Source: Tubulanus polymorphus (Eukaryota > Animalia > Nemertea). From it: 64,000 bases of DNA. Each line of letters opens with the position of its first letter. The first letter of the stretch is position 1. Shown here piece by piece: positions 28,171-42,232 of the stretch. Under the pieces are notes generated by a model, which had not been told where the DNA came from, made no database searches, and saw only the letters and a program-made list of their open reading frames with translations. Location of the stretch: NCBI RefSeq assembly GCF_964204645.1, contig NC_134032.1:3062175-3126174 (forward strand), in the 5' to 3' direction. Position numbers and translations under genes: made by a program.

Positions 28171-28392
28171 TAGGCTAAGAAAAATTGATACCTTGTTTCT
28201 CATTTTCTGCTGAGCTTAAAAAAGTGACCCGGCCCTTCCACCTATGTACCCTGTACATTTCATTTAAATTGTAATCATGATCAAGTTAACAATAAAAACA
28301 GACTCGACAATATTGAAATGATCTGATAAAAAATATTGCTTTTTTCAAAAGCGACCCGGCCGATTAGGAGAAACGAGGTATTGTTTTGCCTA
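28171..28392. mobile_element. MITE-like element copy
   Basis: Ends TAGGCTAA..TGATACCTTGTTTCTC and GAGAAACGAGGTATT..GCCTA; same family as 30050-30279. Confidence 0.7.
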
Positions 28393-28907
28393 AGCATATA
28401 TTATATTTTTATTTCTAGTTATTAATATAAGTATTATACTGAAGAGTTATATCTGTACATAAAATATCAAAATACGGTGCTTTCATGATTTACGGTGCTA
28501 TACTCACGATTTATTCCGCTCAGATAGTGGGTTTTTTTTCTCTTATTAACATTGTGAAATGTGTAGAATTTAGACGCCGCCCACGAGCAGCAAGACGCGC
28601 CCAGGAAAGGGAGCTGGGGAGGATTTGAACCCAGTAATCTGACGAAGCTACTATCGACTAGTGCTGCCGCCCTCGTCACTTTTCCAAAAAGGACTGATGA
28701 GAAACAATGGTATTTCTTTGCGTGGCTTAAAGCTATGATGAAATTGTATGTACATCCGTAGTGTTTATAACCTATTAAGAGTTTAAAGACATGTTTCTAT
28801 TTTCGATATTGTGATAATCTCGATTTTAATATCTTTATTCGTATCGATAAAACAGATTAAAAGATGTACATAGAATAAAAGCAAAACACATTTTCGAGTA
28901 ATATATG

Positions 28908-29058
<151 letters not shown>

Positions 29059-29124
29059 ATTGATTAAACTGTCATATTTAAAACTATATTTGTTTGTTCA
29101 CTCATTCAATGGAAGTATAGTTCA

Positions 29125-29903
29125 AACCCTGTGGACTGGCGGCCCTAATACAATTAACACTGAGGACTGGCGGCCCTAATACAATTAACACTGAGGACTG
29201 ATGACCCGAATACCATCTATAACACTGGTGGCTGGAATACAATCTATAACACTGTGGACTGGTGGCCCAAATACAATCTATAACCCTGTGGACTGGCGGC
29301 CTTAATACAATTAACTCTGAGGACTGGTGGCTGGAATACAATCTATAACACTGTGGACTGGTGGCCCAAATACAATCTATAACCCTGTGGACTGGCGGCC
29401 TTAATACAATTAACTCTGAGGACTGGTGGCTGGAATACAATCTATAACACTGAGGACTGGTGACCGGAAAACAATCTATAACACTGAGGACTGATGACCA
29501 GAATACAATCTATAAAACTGAGGATTGGTGACCGGAATACAATCTATGACACTGAGGACTGGTGACCGGAAAACAATCTATGACACTGAGGACTGATGAC
29601 CGGAATACAATCTATAACACTGAGGACTGGTGACCGGAATACAATCTATAACACTGAGGACTGATGACCGGAATACAATCTATAACACTGAGGACTGATG
29701 ACCGGAATACAATCTATAACACTGAGCACTAGTGGCCGGAATACAATCTATAACACTGAGGACTGGTGACCAGAATACAATCTATAACACTGAGGACTGA
29801 TGACCGGATTACAATCTATAACACTGAGCACTAGTGGCCGGAATACAATCTATAACACTGAGGACTGGTGACCAGAATACAATCTATAAAACTGAGGACT
29901 GAT
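29125..29903. repeat. 34-bp minisatellite
   Basis: Tandem tacaatctataacactgaggactggtgaccggaa variants. Confidence 0.95.
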
Positions 29904-30049
29904 ATTATACTTCGTCTTACTATTTGCTGAGCGCAATTTTTCCATGATACAAAATCAGAAATGAAAACCTTTCTCTAACAGATCAGGTTTTAATTCCTTT
30001 CGTAGAACTGTCAAGTTTCATTTGTACTCTAATGTTAAAATGCATCATC

Positions 30050-30279
30050 TAAGGCTAAACAAATTGATACCTTGTTTCTCCGCTCTGCTGAGCTTAAAAG
30101 TAAAGTTGACCCGGCCGGCCGCCTATCTACCCTATACATTACTTTTTTTTTAAATCGTGATCAATTTTACCATAACAGACCCGGCCGCTATAGAAATGAA
30201 CTGTTTACAAAATTTATCATATTTTATAAAAATGACCCGGCCGCTGCGGAGAAACAAGGTATCATTTTTGTTAAGCCTA
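30050..30279. mobile_element. MITE-like element (~230 bp) with ~30-bp TIRs
   Basis: aggctaaacaaattgataccttgtttctccgc ... gcggagaaacaaggtatcatttttgttaagcct with internal GACCCGGCCG repeats. Further copies at 28171-28392, 33766-33977 and 58661-58885. Confidence 0.8.
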
Positions 30280-30334
30280 ATATTTGTTTTTAGGACTAGG
30301 CAGATTCTCTCCTCGTTGGTGCAAATACAACTCG

Positions 30335-30730
30335 AATTCATCGTCTGCAGTTAGTCCGAAACAACGCAGCTCGCCTTATCATAAAAACTAAAAAATGTGT
30401 TCATGATACTGCAGCTTTGGTTACGCTTCATTGGCTTCCAATTTCCGCCCGTGTTCATTTCAAAATTCTTCTTCTTATAAGTGTTTGCATGGTTTTACTT
30501 TTGTTTATCTTATGTTATGGCGTGCAGTTTATAAGCCTTAATTACGGGCTCTTCGTTCTAGTCAGGATAGCACCCGTCTAATTAATTACCTCCTGTCTCA
30601 AACCGTTCTTTTTGCGACTGTGCTTTTAATATCTGTGTCCCACGCTTGTAAATGCTCTTCCGGCAAACATACAACGAAGGTCCCACGGTTGAATCTTTTA
30701 AATATCGTGTTAAAACGAACCATTTTTAGA
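30335..30730 (+). mobile_element. 3' fragment of a CR1/L2-group LINE
   Basis: RLQLVRNNAARLIIKTKK..LVTLHWLPISARVHFKILLL, the typical L2-like ORF2 C-terminus; degenerate. Confidence 0.7.
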
Positions 30731-31430
30731 AATATTAATGTTTTTATTTATAAGTGTAAAATTTTTAAGTTCACTGCAAATGTTTTTGTAATATAAAGCA
30801 TTTAGAATATGATTTTAGTTGAGCGCTATATACGAAATTGATAAGAAATGAAATCACCACTCTCGAAACAAAGTCTAAAGTTCCCTATTGTGCTTCAATG
30901 TCAAATTTAACAAATTAATTGAACCTTGTTCTATGGGTCCGATAAATGTCTTTAAATGGCAGTAAAAAACGGCGGATAACTATCTTCAAACACATTATAA
31001 ACGGGCAAGTAGCTACTAGTTTGTCGGATATCAAACAGGTAATATCTAGGATAGACACTGTAAATCACGCTGTGTAAAGCACATTATCGGTGACCTTTGA
31101 TAAACGTACGACATCTAAAACTGCAACTTAACAGTCTGGAGGTCTATTTATCTGATAACGCGCTCAGATTTGTTTGACAATACCCTTACAAAATAAAAAT
31201 ATCGGTCAACCGAATAACTAAGAAGCCTGTGAACAGAAAAACCTCTACACGGGGAATCAAATCCGGTTTTGGTATTGATTGGGGCCGCAAAACTCAACTC
31301 AAATGAGCCCGTTTTTTGTCCTACAAATAACAGAGGGGAACTTACCGCTGTTATCATCGCCCTCTACAGGCAACAGAACTCGGGTTAAGGCGAAATACGT
31401 GATACTCGGTGTTACTTAGTGGATCCACTC

Positions 31431-31563
31431 GTGGAAAACCGTGACCTTTGGAAACTTCTGCATAAGCTGTCGCAAAACATCACCTTCAACTTTCACTATG
31501 TCAGGGGACACCAAGTGGTATTAGGGAATGAGATAGTGGACCAACTCGCCTAACTTGGGGCGT
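31431..31563 (+). pseudogene. RNase H C-terminal fragment (probably retroelement-derived)
   Basis: VENRDLWKLLHKLSQNITFNFHYVRGHQVVLGNEIVDQLA*LGA matches the RNase HI NxDLW..HVxGH..GNExxDxLA motifs; internal stop. Confidence 0.7.
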
Positions 31564-31922
31564 CCTTAAGTCTATAAGATACTTGTCCGTAAGTGCTCAA
31601 GTTACTTGTCTGTAAGTGCTCAAGTCACTTTTCCTATTTGGTTTTGCCTGCGAATAATAGTCGTTGCGTCATAGCTGATGTCCTATACAGACCTCGTTTA
31701 GACTTGTATATAGTGTAAATATCTTAGTCACGAGTTTGGGAATGCTGTTGTTTGTGAGAGGTTTAGACGAAAAGACCCTCCACCAATTTCTTGCACTTGC
31801 TGCATGTATCGGGTCCCCTCAAACTTGCGGCGGTACTGTATGTACTGTATCAGGTAACACCACGAGTTTGTTTGTCGTATAGGCGCTTAATCTGGCTGAC
31901 CGGTTCAAAGTTTGTGGCAAGC

Positions 31923-32173
31923 GAGTATTACGTTATAGAACGATAACCACACTCAAACGTGGTGAACGGATAATAAGATAAAATCCCACTATTTACAGAT
32001 TAAAAAGAATTTAAAAACCAGAATTGACGACCGTCACCTGACGATGATCTCTAGGGTGAGATCGAAACGTCGTGTCTTTTATATATTTTTGATTGAATAA
32101 ATAAATTCTGGTTTTTAAATTATTTTAATCTGTAAATAGTGGGATTTTATCTTATTATCTGAGTATTACGTTA
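31923..32173. mobile_element. Small palindromic insertion (Penelope pLTR-like) with 13-bp flanking direct repeat
   Basis: gagtattacgtta at 31923-31935 and 32161-32173; inverted arms 31969-32025 / 32104-32159 enclose a hammerhead core. Confidence 0.7.
32035..32074 (+). ncRNA. Minimal type I hammerhead ribozyme
   Basis: cac-CTGACGA-t-gatctc(tagggt)gagatc-GAAAC-GTC-gtg: conserved core, stem II and short stem I. Confidence 0.7.
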
Positions 32174-34887
32174 GTTCGCGTTTTCCCCGCTGTCGTTATT
32201 TGGAGGGGCAGCACCAGACAGTCAAGATCTGAGGCGGATGTGAGAACGAGTTTCATAGTGAATCACTGTTCACAACATTTAACATGAATTCTACCTAGAT
32301 CAGAGCGAAATAAAATAAAGTGAATTAATTAACACACGAGATCCTGATATTAGAGTTAATTTAAATACATTTGAAGGATTGAAGTTGCGTTTACTGATCT
32401 ACGGGAAAAGATATGATCGAAACCAGTAGAACAAAACTCGCGGCTCGAAAGTAAGGACCGGCGACCAGTCTAATTCTATAGAGACCGGTAACCAGTCTAG
32501 AACTTCATTGGATGGGTCAGGCAACCAGTCGGAAATGGATGGCGCCGGTTTGTTTTGTTGCTGTGTCGCTGCGCATAAAATCATGATTTTCAGATAAAAA
32601 CTGCCGACTAAAGACCGCTCGCTTCGGCGTAAGACAAGGAACAAGTCGATGCAACAGCGACATGTAAAAACATCAGTATTTGCCCCGTCAATTTTGCAAA
32701 AAAGACGCTTTTTATCCACTATTTTAATGTCCAGTGTAGTCTGTGTTCAAATCGCCACGTGTACATATAGACTATTCATAGAACTGTCAGAGCCGCTGAC
32801 TCCTGTTGAATCCGCTAGGTGTCACTAGTAATATTGCGTCATCGTTTAGTGATGATAAAATAAACGATAGATTTTGATTTTCTAGACTAATTGCTGGTCT
32901 CTGTTCTAGCCTCTGTAAAAAATTCAGATAGCTCCAATCTTACCGAAATAAAACTAGTCAGAACAGGGTGGGCTCGAATAACGATATGCTTTTCACATTT
33001 TTGAATTATCTTCGGTAGTTTTTCGAGAAATCGCGATCTGAAGTTTGAAAATTTCGGCGAAAAAAAGTGTCGACTTCACGTTTCAATACAATGATCTAAA
33101 GAAAGGCAATATTTCATGGAAACAAACTTCAATATCTCCTGAACTCGTGGAGATAGACTAAAAATGTAAAGATCATTACACTCGTAGCACTCGCGGCTAA
33201 GTTGAGGTTAGATCGCAAATTGATTTAAATTCCGATGATAAATACCATTTTATCTGTTATCAATTTCATAAAGAGAATAGCTGAAAATCAAACTTGGCCT
33301 CTTAAATTCAAAATAGCATCTTCATGACATTAATCAGTTTAGAAACATAAACCTGGCAATAATAATACTAATAATAATAACTAAATGATAATGCATTTGA
33401 TTTGTTTTAAGCTTAGTTTCAACAATGATTTATATTCCCTTCAAAGTTGCTATTTTTGGAAAATTCCCCTCGTGAGGCTCACTGTCCCATCACGTGCCTC
33501 TAGTTTTTCCTCAATTCATCCCATTAGACGCCTCTTTCTGCAGCAGCCGTTTTACTGGCCTTCACATTGCCGAAAATTACAAAATAAAATCATGCTGTCT
33601 TCAGTATTTAGATTTTAAGATACTAAACCTTCTGATTGTCGATATGTGATCGTCCATTAATACAGGGTCTTTAGGTAGTAATTCATCCCGGTCAATTGCC
33701 TTTCTTATTAAAACAAGATTCCCCTTACTTTCGAATGAAATTACATGAATCGGTTTTTTTAGATGAGGCTAAACAAAAATGATAGCACCTTAATATTTCT
33801 CCGCAGCGGTCGGGTCATTTTTGTAAAATATGTAAACAGTTCATTTCTATAGCGGCCGGATGGTAAAATCACAATTTCAAAAAAAAAGTAATGTACAGGG
33901 TTGATAGGCGGCCGGCCGGGTCAACTTATCTGCTCAGCAGAGTGGAGAAACAAGGTATCAATTTTCTTTTTAGCCTAACTTCAAACATTTTTTACAATTC
34001 TAGTTTATTTATAATTTCAGTTAAGAATCATCTGACAACCGACCACAGCCAAATCATGTAAATGAACCAATTCCACATTCGTCTGATGTTTTGATAATCC
34101 AATTCCACAATCATCTGACAATCGACCACAGCAAAAGGATGTCGCTGCTGATCCTATTACACTTCTGATACAGCAGACAAATGATCTCAATACTGTTCAC
34201 AATCGGCAAGCAATACAGAATGATCATCCTCCTCGGGGTGCTTCAGTTTAAAAGTTTTCTGACGGAGACACAGACAATAGCGGTGTAAGTGGTGAGTAAC
34301 TTGTTCATATTCCAAGGTTCAGAATGCTGGAAACGGCTTCTAGCGACTGAAAAGGCTTTTAAAATTCGAAAAAATTCCCAGACCCTCTTAGGGGCTTCGA
34401 GGCTCCCGTGTGCCTATGAAAAATTGCCTTTCTTTCTGGGATTTGAACCTGCCCTGGTTCCAGGAAAGCCGGAGACGTCAGTGTGATTGGTTCTAAACGA
34501 TCTATTCGAATGTTATTCTTTTCACTGGCTTCGATAAGATATAATTCTTCACAAATCAGACTAAGGTTAACTACAGTAGCTCTCTAACTCAGCTCCTAAC
34601 AGAGCGTATTGATTGATTGATAGTAAAATAAATCTAAACAGTTGAACTAAACTGATTCATTAAACACGGATTTGTTTCAAGGAACCGGGAAAGTAGGGCG
34701 TTCTTCTCGAGTTGTCTAATACACACTACTCAGGTCTGGTATCGCGAGTTGATGAGAATGTGTAATAATCGAGTTCATGTTTAACCTTGCAGGAAGAAAT
34801 TGATCTCGAGATGCGGAGCCTGCTGACGTGTGGCGTGTGAGAGGTAACTTACAGGATCTGTGACTCTCGGACAATTTGAATCAGTTC

Positions 34888-35170
34888 ATTTTGATTTCTA
34901 TTTGACTATCGTCTGCTAATTTTGAGTTCTATTAGACTGTCGTCTGCTAATTTTGATTTCTATTAGACTGTCGTCTGCTAATTTTGATTTCTATTTGACT
35001 GTCATCTGCTAATTTTGAGTTCTATTAGACTGTCATCTGCTAATTTTGAGTTCTATTGGACTGTCATCTGCTAATTTTGAGTTCTATTAGACTGTCGTCT
35101 GCTAATTTTGAGTTCTATTGGACTGTCGTCTGCTAATTTTGAGTTCTATTTGACTGTCGTCTGCTAATAA
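34888..35170. repeat. 31-bp minisatellite
   Basis: Tandem ttttgagttctattagactgtcgtctgctaa; shorter copies at ~37386, ~59785 and ~62190 mark the unit junctions. Confidence 0.9.
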
Positions 35171-35239
35171 TCGAGCTGGTTTTTGCTTTTTATTTATAGG
35201 TCGTATCGAGCCTGATGCTGGGGTATCGGGAGACGCAAT

Positions 35240-35560
35240 ATATAAGTCCTGAATGAAAGATGTTATGTCGGATACAGGAACTGATACTTCTAGATGTGGG
35301 AGTCATTCAACTCGGGCAGCGGTTGCTTCAGCTGTTGAAGCAGCTCGACGCGAACACTTTCAAATGGTCGTACTGCGAAGACACGTTTGCACAGTTTTAT
35401 AATAAGCCGATGATCGGAACTTCTGAGAATACTCTGGCGAGGATCTGCACAACTGTAGTCGGTACGGGCTTTTTATTCATCGACGAAATGAATTTTTCAT
35501 TCGAAATCTCGTAGAATTGTGGAAATGAGTAAAATTATACAATTAAACAAGACTTACCCG
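35240..35560 (+). mobile_element. DIRS-like tyrosine recombinase 3' relic (also at ~37515, ~60010, ~62315)
   Basis: Alternative frame reads MKDVMSDTGTDTSRCGSHSTRAAVASAVEAAR (HSTR motif); after a frameshift, WSYCEDTFAQFYNKP (catalytic Tyr region). Confidence 0.7.
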
Positions 35561-38140
35561 TGAAATTACACAATAAATGAATTGATACCTAAAGAGTTTA
35601 TTTAGAATATTAGAAATATTGCAGGTGTTTGCTAAGATCCTTCTTCGGTCTAGAAATATGCATTTTCAAACCGAAGAAACCCGAAATATTTCTGATAATT
35701 TAGATTAACTTTTAAGCTATCAATTCATTTGTCATTGGATTCTACTCTTATTGATTAACCACAGGTATTGCCTGATCTACAACTGAGACTTACCCGTATA
35801 AGGAGAAGTTTGATGGTAATTCTACGAATGACCACAAACACGAGGAATGATTTAAGTGGTTGGTTTAAGCCGCCGGTCACTGGTCTCGTCAATCCAGGGT
35901 TTATGGGTTCAAACCCCGGTGGCGACAGAGTTTATCGGTCGAAGGATCTTCTCCGGTCTCTCCCCCATCGGGAGAAAGAAACATTAAACCCGCTTTTAAT
36001 GCCCTGCATGGCGCTTAATGGGTTAATAAAATGATTTTAAAAATTATACGTCCACGCCAGATTAGGGCCCTCTCTCGTGTGTTAGCATTTCTCATTGTGT
36101 TATGTATGATTTTCTATTTTAGGCGGAGTTTGATTTGTGATTGACAACTCATTCAGACGTTTAATCTGTCAATTGATTTCGCCTTCTGTGAATAGTGCTG
36201 GACGGAAGTGGATCTCAATCACCTCAAACACAGGTAAGACTGGTTTAATTGTATAAATCTAATCGGTAATAAGAGACCGGCAACCAGTCTAATCTCTATC
36301 CTCCTGTCTGTCGTGTGTGTTTTAGTAAATAGTACATGTATTTGTATATATTGTAAATAACCTTGTTATGTTTTTCATTGAAATGTTTTTATTTTTCTCT
36401 TAATTCGTCAACATTTTTGTAAACAAATCGCAAGAAATTCAAATTTTATCAGTGAACGCCAATAAAATTATAATGTTATGAGTGAACGGAATAGGTAAAA
36501 TAATGTATTAGGAATTAGGAACTTTTCTCGATAAAATATAACAAAGTTGTTATTGATACAAACATCCACTATTTACAATATATTAACTATTAGAGGGATC
36601 TATAAACATTTGATAAATTTATTTAACTGGTTTGTAGGATGTTTTGAGATATGTATGCGTTAACCAGCTAGTGCTGCCGTCTACAGTCAATTCAACTCAC
36701 TAAATGATCCACCGTTTGAGAACACTCATAAAAATACACTGCAAGTCACAACTTCACAGTAAGATTTACAGACACTAGAAAGAGACTAGAAACAAAGTGA
36801 GAAAACTGAACTACAGAATGATATGAAATGAGCCACGTTATGACTACATGAAATTGGAACTACTGTCAATCCTGGAACAACCTCGACCAGATAATCCTTA
36901 GAAACATAAACCAATCCTTATAAACGGAACACTAATATTCGTATGCTATGTTGTTCTGAAGCTTATTTCACACAAGTTTTTGTACAAAAATATCGGAAAC
37001 AAATATCAGAAATAGCGGATATATGTAAATCCATCAAATGTATCATCGTAAACCCTGAAAGTGCGGTTAGGTTCTGATGAAATATTGCAGATGGAAAGTT
37101 TTTCCAGAATTCTAAATTTGGATTCTGGGGCTCAATTTCATAGAATGAATCTACACCTCGGAATTCTACTCTGAAAACTGGTTATTCGTGTTTCCCGCTG
37201 ATAACTGCTGTAAGACGAGTTCATCCATCCAAATGTCTCCCGTTATCCCAAACACCGGTAAATGGCCCGATCCGTTTCTGTCCAATTTACTGCGAAAACT
37301 TGCTTATTCTACCACCTGAAAACAGGAATAGTATGAGTTAGCAATATATCTAACACCGGTGTTTTTATATCATTCACTCCATTCACTATTTGACTGTCGT
37401 CTGCTAATTTTGAGTTCTATTTGACTGTCGTCTGCTAATAATCGAGCCGGTTTTTGTGATCAATTATTTATAGGTCGTATCGAGCCTGATTCCGGGGTAT
37501 CGAGAGACACAATATATACGTCATGAATGAAAGATGTTATGTCGGATACAGGAACTGATACTTCTAGATGTGGGAGTCATTCAACTCAGGCAGCGGTTGC
37601 TTCAGCTGTTGAAGCAGCTCGACGCGAACACTTTCAGATGGTCGTACTGCGAAGACACGTTTGCACAGTTTTATAATAAGCCGATGATCGGAACTTCTGA
37701 GAATACTCTGGCGAGGATCTGCACAACTGTAGTCGGTACGGGCTTTTTATTCATCGACGAAATGAATTTTTCATTCGAAATCTCGTAGAATTGCGTGTGA
37801 ATCGTGGAAATGAGTAGAATTATACAATTAAACAAGACTTACCCGTAAAATTACACAATAAATGAATTGATACCTAAAGAGTTTATTTAGAATATTAGAA
37901 ATATTGCAGGTGTTTCCTAAGATCCTTCTTCGGTTTAGAAATATGCATTTTCAGACCGAAGAAACCTGAAATATTTCTAACATTTTAGATTAACTTTTAA
38001 GCTATCAATTCATTTGTCATTGGATTCTACTCTTATTGATTAACCTCGGGTATTGCCTGATCTACAACTGAGACTTACCCGTATAAGGAGAAGTTTGATG
38101 GTAATTCTACGAATGACCACAAACACGAGGAATGATACAA

Positions 38141-38335
38141 GCGACGCAGTGGCCGAGTTGGTTTAAGCCGCCGGTCACTGGTCTCGTCAATCCAGGGTTT
38201 ATGGGTTCAAACCCCGGTGGCGACAGAGTTTATCGGTCGAAGGTTCTTCTCCGGTCTGTCCCCCATCGGGAGAAAGAAACGTCGAACCCGCTTTTAATGC
38301 CCTGCGTGGCGCTTAGCGGGTTGAAAAAAAGATTT
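38141..38335 (+). mobile_element. tRNA-derived SINE (copies at ~35855 truncated, 60637, 62942)
   Basis: Pol III box A TGGCCGAGTTGG and box B GGTTCAAACCC, no intact cloverleaf, followed by an unrelated body and A-rich tail. Confidence 0.7.
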
Positions 38336-41179
38336 TAAAAATTATACGTCCACGCCAGATTAGGGCCCTCTCTCGTGTGTTAGCATTTCTCATTGTGTTA
38401 TGTATGATTTTCTATTTTAGGCGGAGTTTGATTTATGATTGACAACTCATTCAGACGTTTAATCTGTCAATTGATTTCGCCTTCTGTGAATAGTGCTGGA
38501 CGTAAGTGGATCTCAATCTCCTCAAACACAGGTATGACTGGTTTAATTGTATAAATCTAATCGGTAATAAGAGACTGGCAACCAGTCTAATCTCTATCCT
38601 CCTGTCTGTCGTGTGTTTTAGTAAATAGTACATGTATTTGTATATATTGTAAATAACCTTGTTATGTTTTTCATTGAAATTTTTATTTTTCTCTTAATTC
38701 GTGAAAATATTTGTAAACAAATCGCAAGAAATCCAAATTTAATCAGTTAACGCCAATAAAATAATGATGATGTTAAGGGTGAACGGAAAAGGTAAAATAA
38801 TGTATTAGGAATTAGGAACTTTTCTCGATAAAATATAACAAAGTTGTTTATGATACAAACATCCACTATTTACAATATATTAACTATTAGAGGGATCTAT
38901 AAACATCTAATTCTATTTTGATGAATTTATTTAACTGGGTTGTAGGATGTTTTGAGATATTTATGCATTAACCAGCTAGTGCTGCCGTCTACAGTCAATT
39001 CAACTCACTAAATGATCCACCGTTTGAGAACACTCATAAAAATACACTGCAAGTCACAACTTCACAGTAAGATTTACAGACACTAGAAAGAGACTAGAAA
39101 CAAAGTGAGAAAACTGAACTACAGAATGATATGAAATGAGCCACGTTATGACTACATGAAATTGGAACTACTGTCAATCCTGGAACAACCTCGACCAGAT
39201 AATCCTTAGAAACATAAACCAATCCTTATAAACGGAACACTAATATTCGTATGCTATGTTGTTCTGAAGCTTATTTCACACAAGTTTTAGTACAAAAATA
39301 TACGAAACAAATATCAGAAATAGCGGATATATGTAAATCCATCAAATGTGTCATCGTTAACCCTGAAAGTGCGGTTAGGTTCTGATGAAATATCGCAGAT
39401 GGAAAGTTTTTCCAGAATTCTAAATTTGGATTCTGGGGCTCAATTTCATAGAATGAATCTACACCTCGGAATTCTACTCTGAAAACTGGTTATTCGTGTT
39501 TCCCGCTGATAACTGCTGTAAGACGAGTTCATCCATCTAAATGTCTCCGGTTATCCCAAACACCGTTTAATGGCCCGATCCGTTTCTGTCAATTTACCGC
39601 GAAAACTTGCTTATTCTACCACCTGAAAACAGGAATAGTATGAGTTAGCAATATATCTAACACCGGTGATTTTATATCATTCACTCCGTAGGTGTTTAAC
39701 GCTCAAGACCCGGTACCTATCCCGGTTTACTGTCTACACCAGCAAAAATGCGATGTTTCTAAAACTCGGGTTTTGCGGGAAAATTCTGCATTGAACGCGT
39801 GTTTGAACTTGCGATATTCTTACGTCGGAAAACTTGATTAGTTTCAAACGTCAAATTCTCCGCGGCGTTTTTCCGAATATTCGCCTTTGATAATCGGTGA
39901 CTTTTAGTTAGCTACTCGCATAAAAAATGACGTCATTCCGTGACTCAGCAAGCAACACGCGCGATACATGCATCAGAAATTATATTTTCTTAGTTTTAAA
40001 AATTTCTATTAACAAATATTTCTAGTTTAGTTATAACGAAATATCTACGTGCAAATTAGTAATTAGAATTAATTCCAAAAAAATAGAAAAAAATATCATC
40101 GACTTTTCTAAGGTACGATGCCGGTTTGAGTTTGGAAATAAAACGGTAACAAACTCTCAGAATTTGCCAGATTGAGTTCGGCTACTAGAGTTGGGTCTAA
40201 CTGGCTACGCGTGGTTACACCATCATCTTGTTTTAAATATAGGCGATTGTCGCCGCATTAAACATCCCGGACGTAGCGTTTTTAAGAAGTTCATTAAATG
40301 CATTTATATCATATGAGGGTTTGTAATGTTGAGCTATAAATATAATCTGAATTCGGGTGAACGTAGTTTTTTTTTAAGCGACGCAGGTTTGCGAGCGGAG
40401 ATCATAACTGATACAGTAGGCCTATATCGAAAGGGTGAAATTTTCTGGAAAACTTTTGAGTCTTTCCAGAAATTTCCAGGAACTTTTTAGCATGAAATAA
40501 CTGTTGTATTATCTGGTTTGTATTATTTGACTCGGGTCTGATCCGTGCCAATTTGACCCGAGCCTGATCCGTGCCAATTTGGCCCGAGGCAAATCGTCTC
40601 CGTGTGATCGCGACTTATGTCAACTATCGACTGGTTAACTCTTAGCCAATCTTTCAGCATCTGCAGCTCCTGATATAGTTATGGTTATGTGTAGAAATCT
40701 ATAGTTTATTTGATTGCTATAACAGTTGAAAGTTAATTATGGTTTTGCAGAGAAAGAAAGTGAATTACCAAAAAAACCGAAGTTTCGATTTCAAAATTGA
40801 AAGCATGTTTAAGCAGAAACGTTCTTTAGTTTAATCCGAATGATTTGAATAAAAAGCAACGCAGCAAAATTGAGATAATATTTCCGAGGGTATTTTGAAC
40901 GCTCTTCAGAGACAATGATCTCTTGTATTATTCCCGAAATAGTGACAATATACAAGGAAGGTGCAGCTAGTGTGAAATGTGACAAGATGATGATTTTAAT
41001 AGATGCGGGTGTTTTATTATACAGCCATCATTTATCATTTATGCGCGCTTCAGACCGCAAAGTATCACGTGATAATTATTCGCTCATTCATTGGCTAGTC
41101 GATGACTCGCTTGTCGACGGGCGTTTCCAGCTGCAGCGCGCACACGACCGCAATTTCCCAATATCAGGCGCGGATCCAG

Positions 41180-42232
41180 AGCCGTTCGGTGACTACAGCA
41201 CAGTGAAAAAAGGGCACCAACTTTGAAAAGGGCCGGTATTAATGCCCGGCGTGCGAGTTTGAGTTTGAGTGCCATTTATTGGTATCATGCCACTTAATTT
41301 GCCATAACATTCAATTTGCTTGTGCCTTTTTTAGATTCGATTATATTTATAGAGCAACAATAAGTCTCTTTTGGAATAGTGCCCTTTTGAGTAAAGGAAA
41401 ATTCCTCAGATTGCCTTATTTGATTTTGGTCAATTTATTATCATTCACATTTTGCTTTAGTCCTAGTACAGAAAGGTAATTATTTTTTTATGGCGCACAA
41501 ATTGTGTTCCTTTTTATTTACTTTTTTCCCGAAACAAAAATTTTTCACTGGCATTTGAAAACATTTGAAACTGATTTATACACCGCACCGCGGTGTAGAC
41601 GCACTGAAAGGGTTAAATCGATTCAATTTCTTCATTAATTCAGTTTATCTTAAATCGATTTGGGCCTAAATCCTTTTCGTAAAAACTGGGCCCTGAGGGG
41701 TACACATACCGATACACTACTCACCTGAAAACGTATTTCATAAATAAATTCTCAATCGCCGAAACTTTCGATTCAGAGACCGACGACCAGACGTTCATAA
41801 CACCTGAAATAATTAGATGAGAAGAGAGAACACTGCAGGGCCATTCGGTGACTACAGCACAGTGAAAAAGGGCACCAACTTTGAAAAGGGCCAGTGTAGC
41901 CCAGCGATCGAGTTTGAGCCGCCATTTATTGGTATCATGCCACTTAATTTGCCTTAACATTCAATTTGCTTGTGCCTTTTTTAGATTTTTGGCGAAATTT
42001 GCCCTTTTTCGATTAGATTTATAGAGCAACAATAATGTCTCTTTTAGAATAGTGCCCTTTTGAGTAAAGGAAAATGCCTTAGATTGCCTTTTATGATTTT
42101 GGGCAATTTATTTCCATTTACATTTTGCTTTAGTCCTAGTACAGAAAGGCAGTTATTTTTTTATGGCTCACAAATTGTGTGCCTTTTTATTTACTTTTTC
42201 CCGAAACAAAAATTTTCGAGGGCATTTGAAAA
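41180..42232 (+). repeat. Local ~390-bp direct duplication (41180-41562 and 41840-42232)
   Basis: Both start ttcggtgactacagcacagtgaaaaagggcaccaactttg and end ggcatttgaaaac. Confidence 0.85.

Larger units (their letters stand above)
32520..39687 (+). repeat. Segmental duplication copy A (includes two tandem ~2.3-kb units)
   Basis: Colinear, high-identity match to 57568-64000; internal units ~35130-37400 and ~37400-39687. Confidence 0.9.

Noticed and set aside
29480-29900. Hammerhead array in the 34-bp minisatellite (CTGATGA words)
   Set aside because: No stem II and no properly placed GAAA core; coincidental.
35260-35514. Four-copy 84-aa ORF MLCRIQEL.. as a novel gene family
   Set aside because: Mostly an off-frame reading of a decayed DIRS tyrosine recombinase end; copy number reflects the local duplication.
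38141-38225. Functional tRNA gene
   Set aside because: A and B boxes are present but there is no convincing acceptor/anticodon stem set, and the sequence continues into a conserved body with an A-rich tail; better explained as a SINE. The 68-aa ORF MIQATQW over it is incidental.
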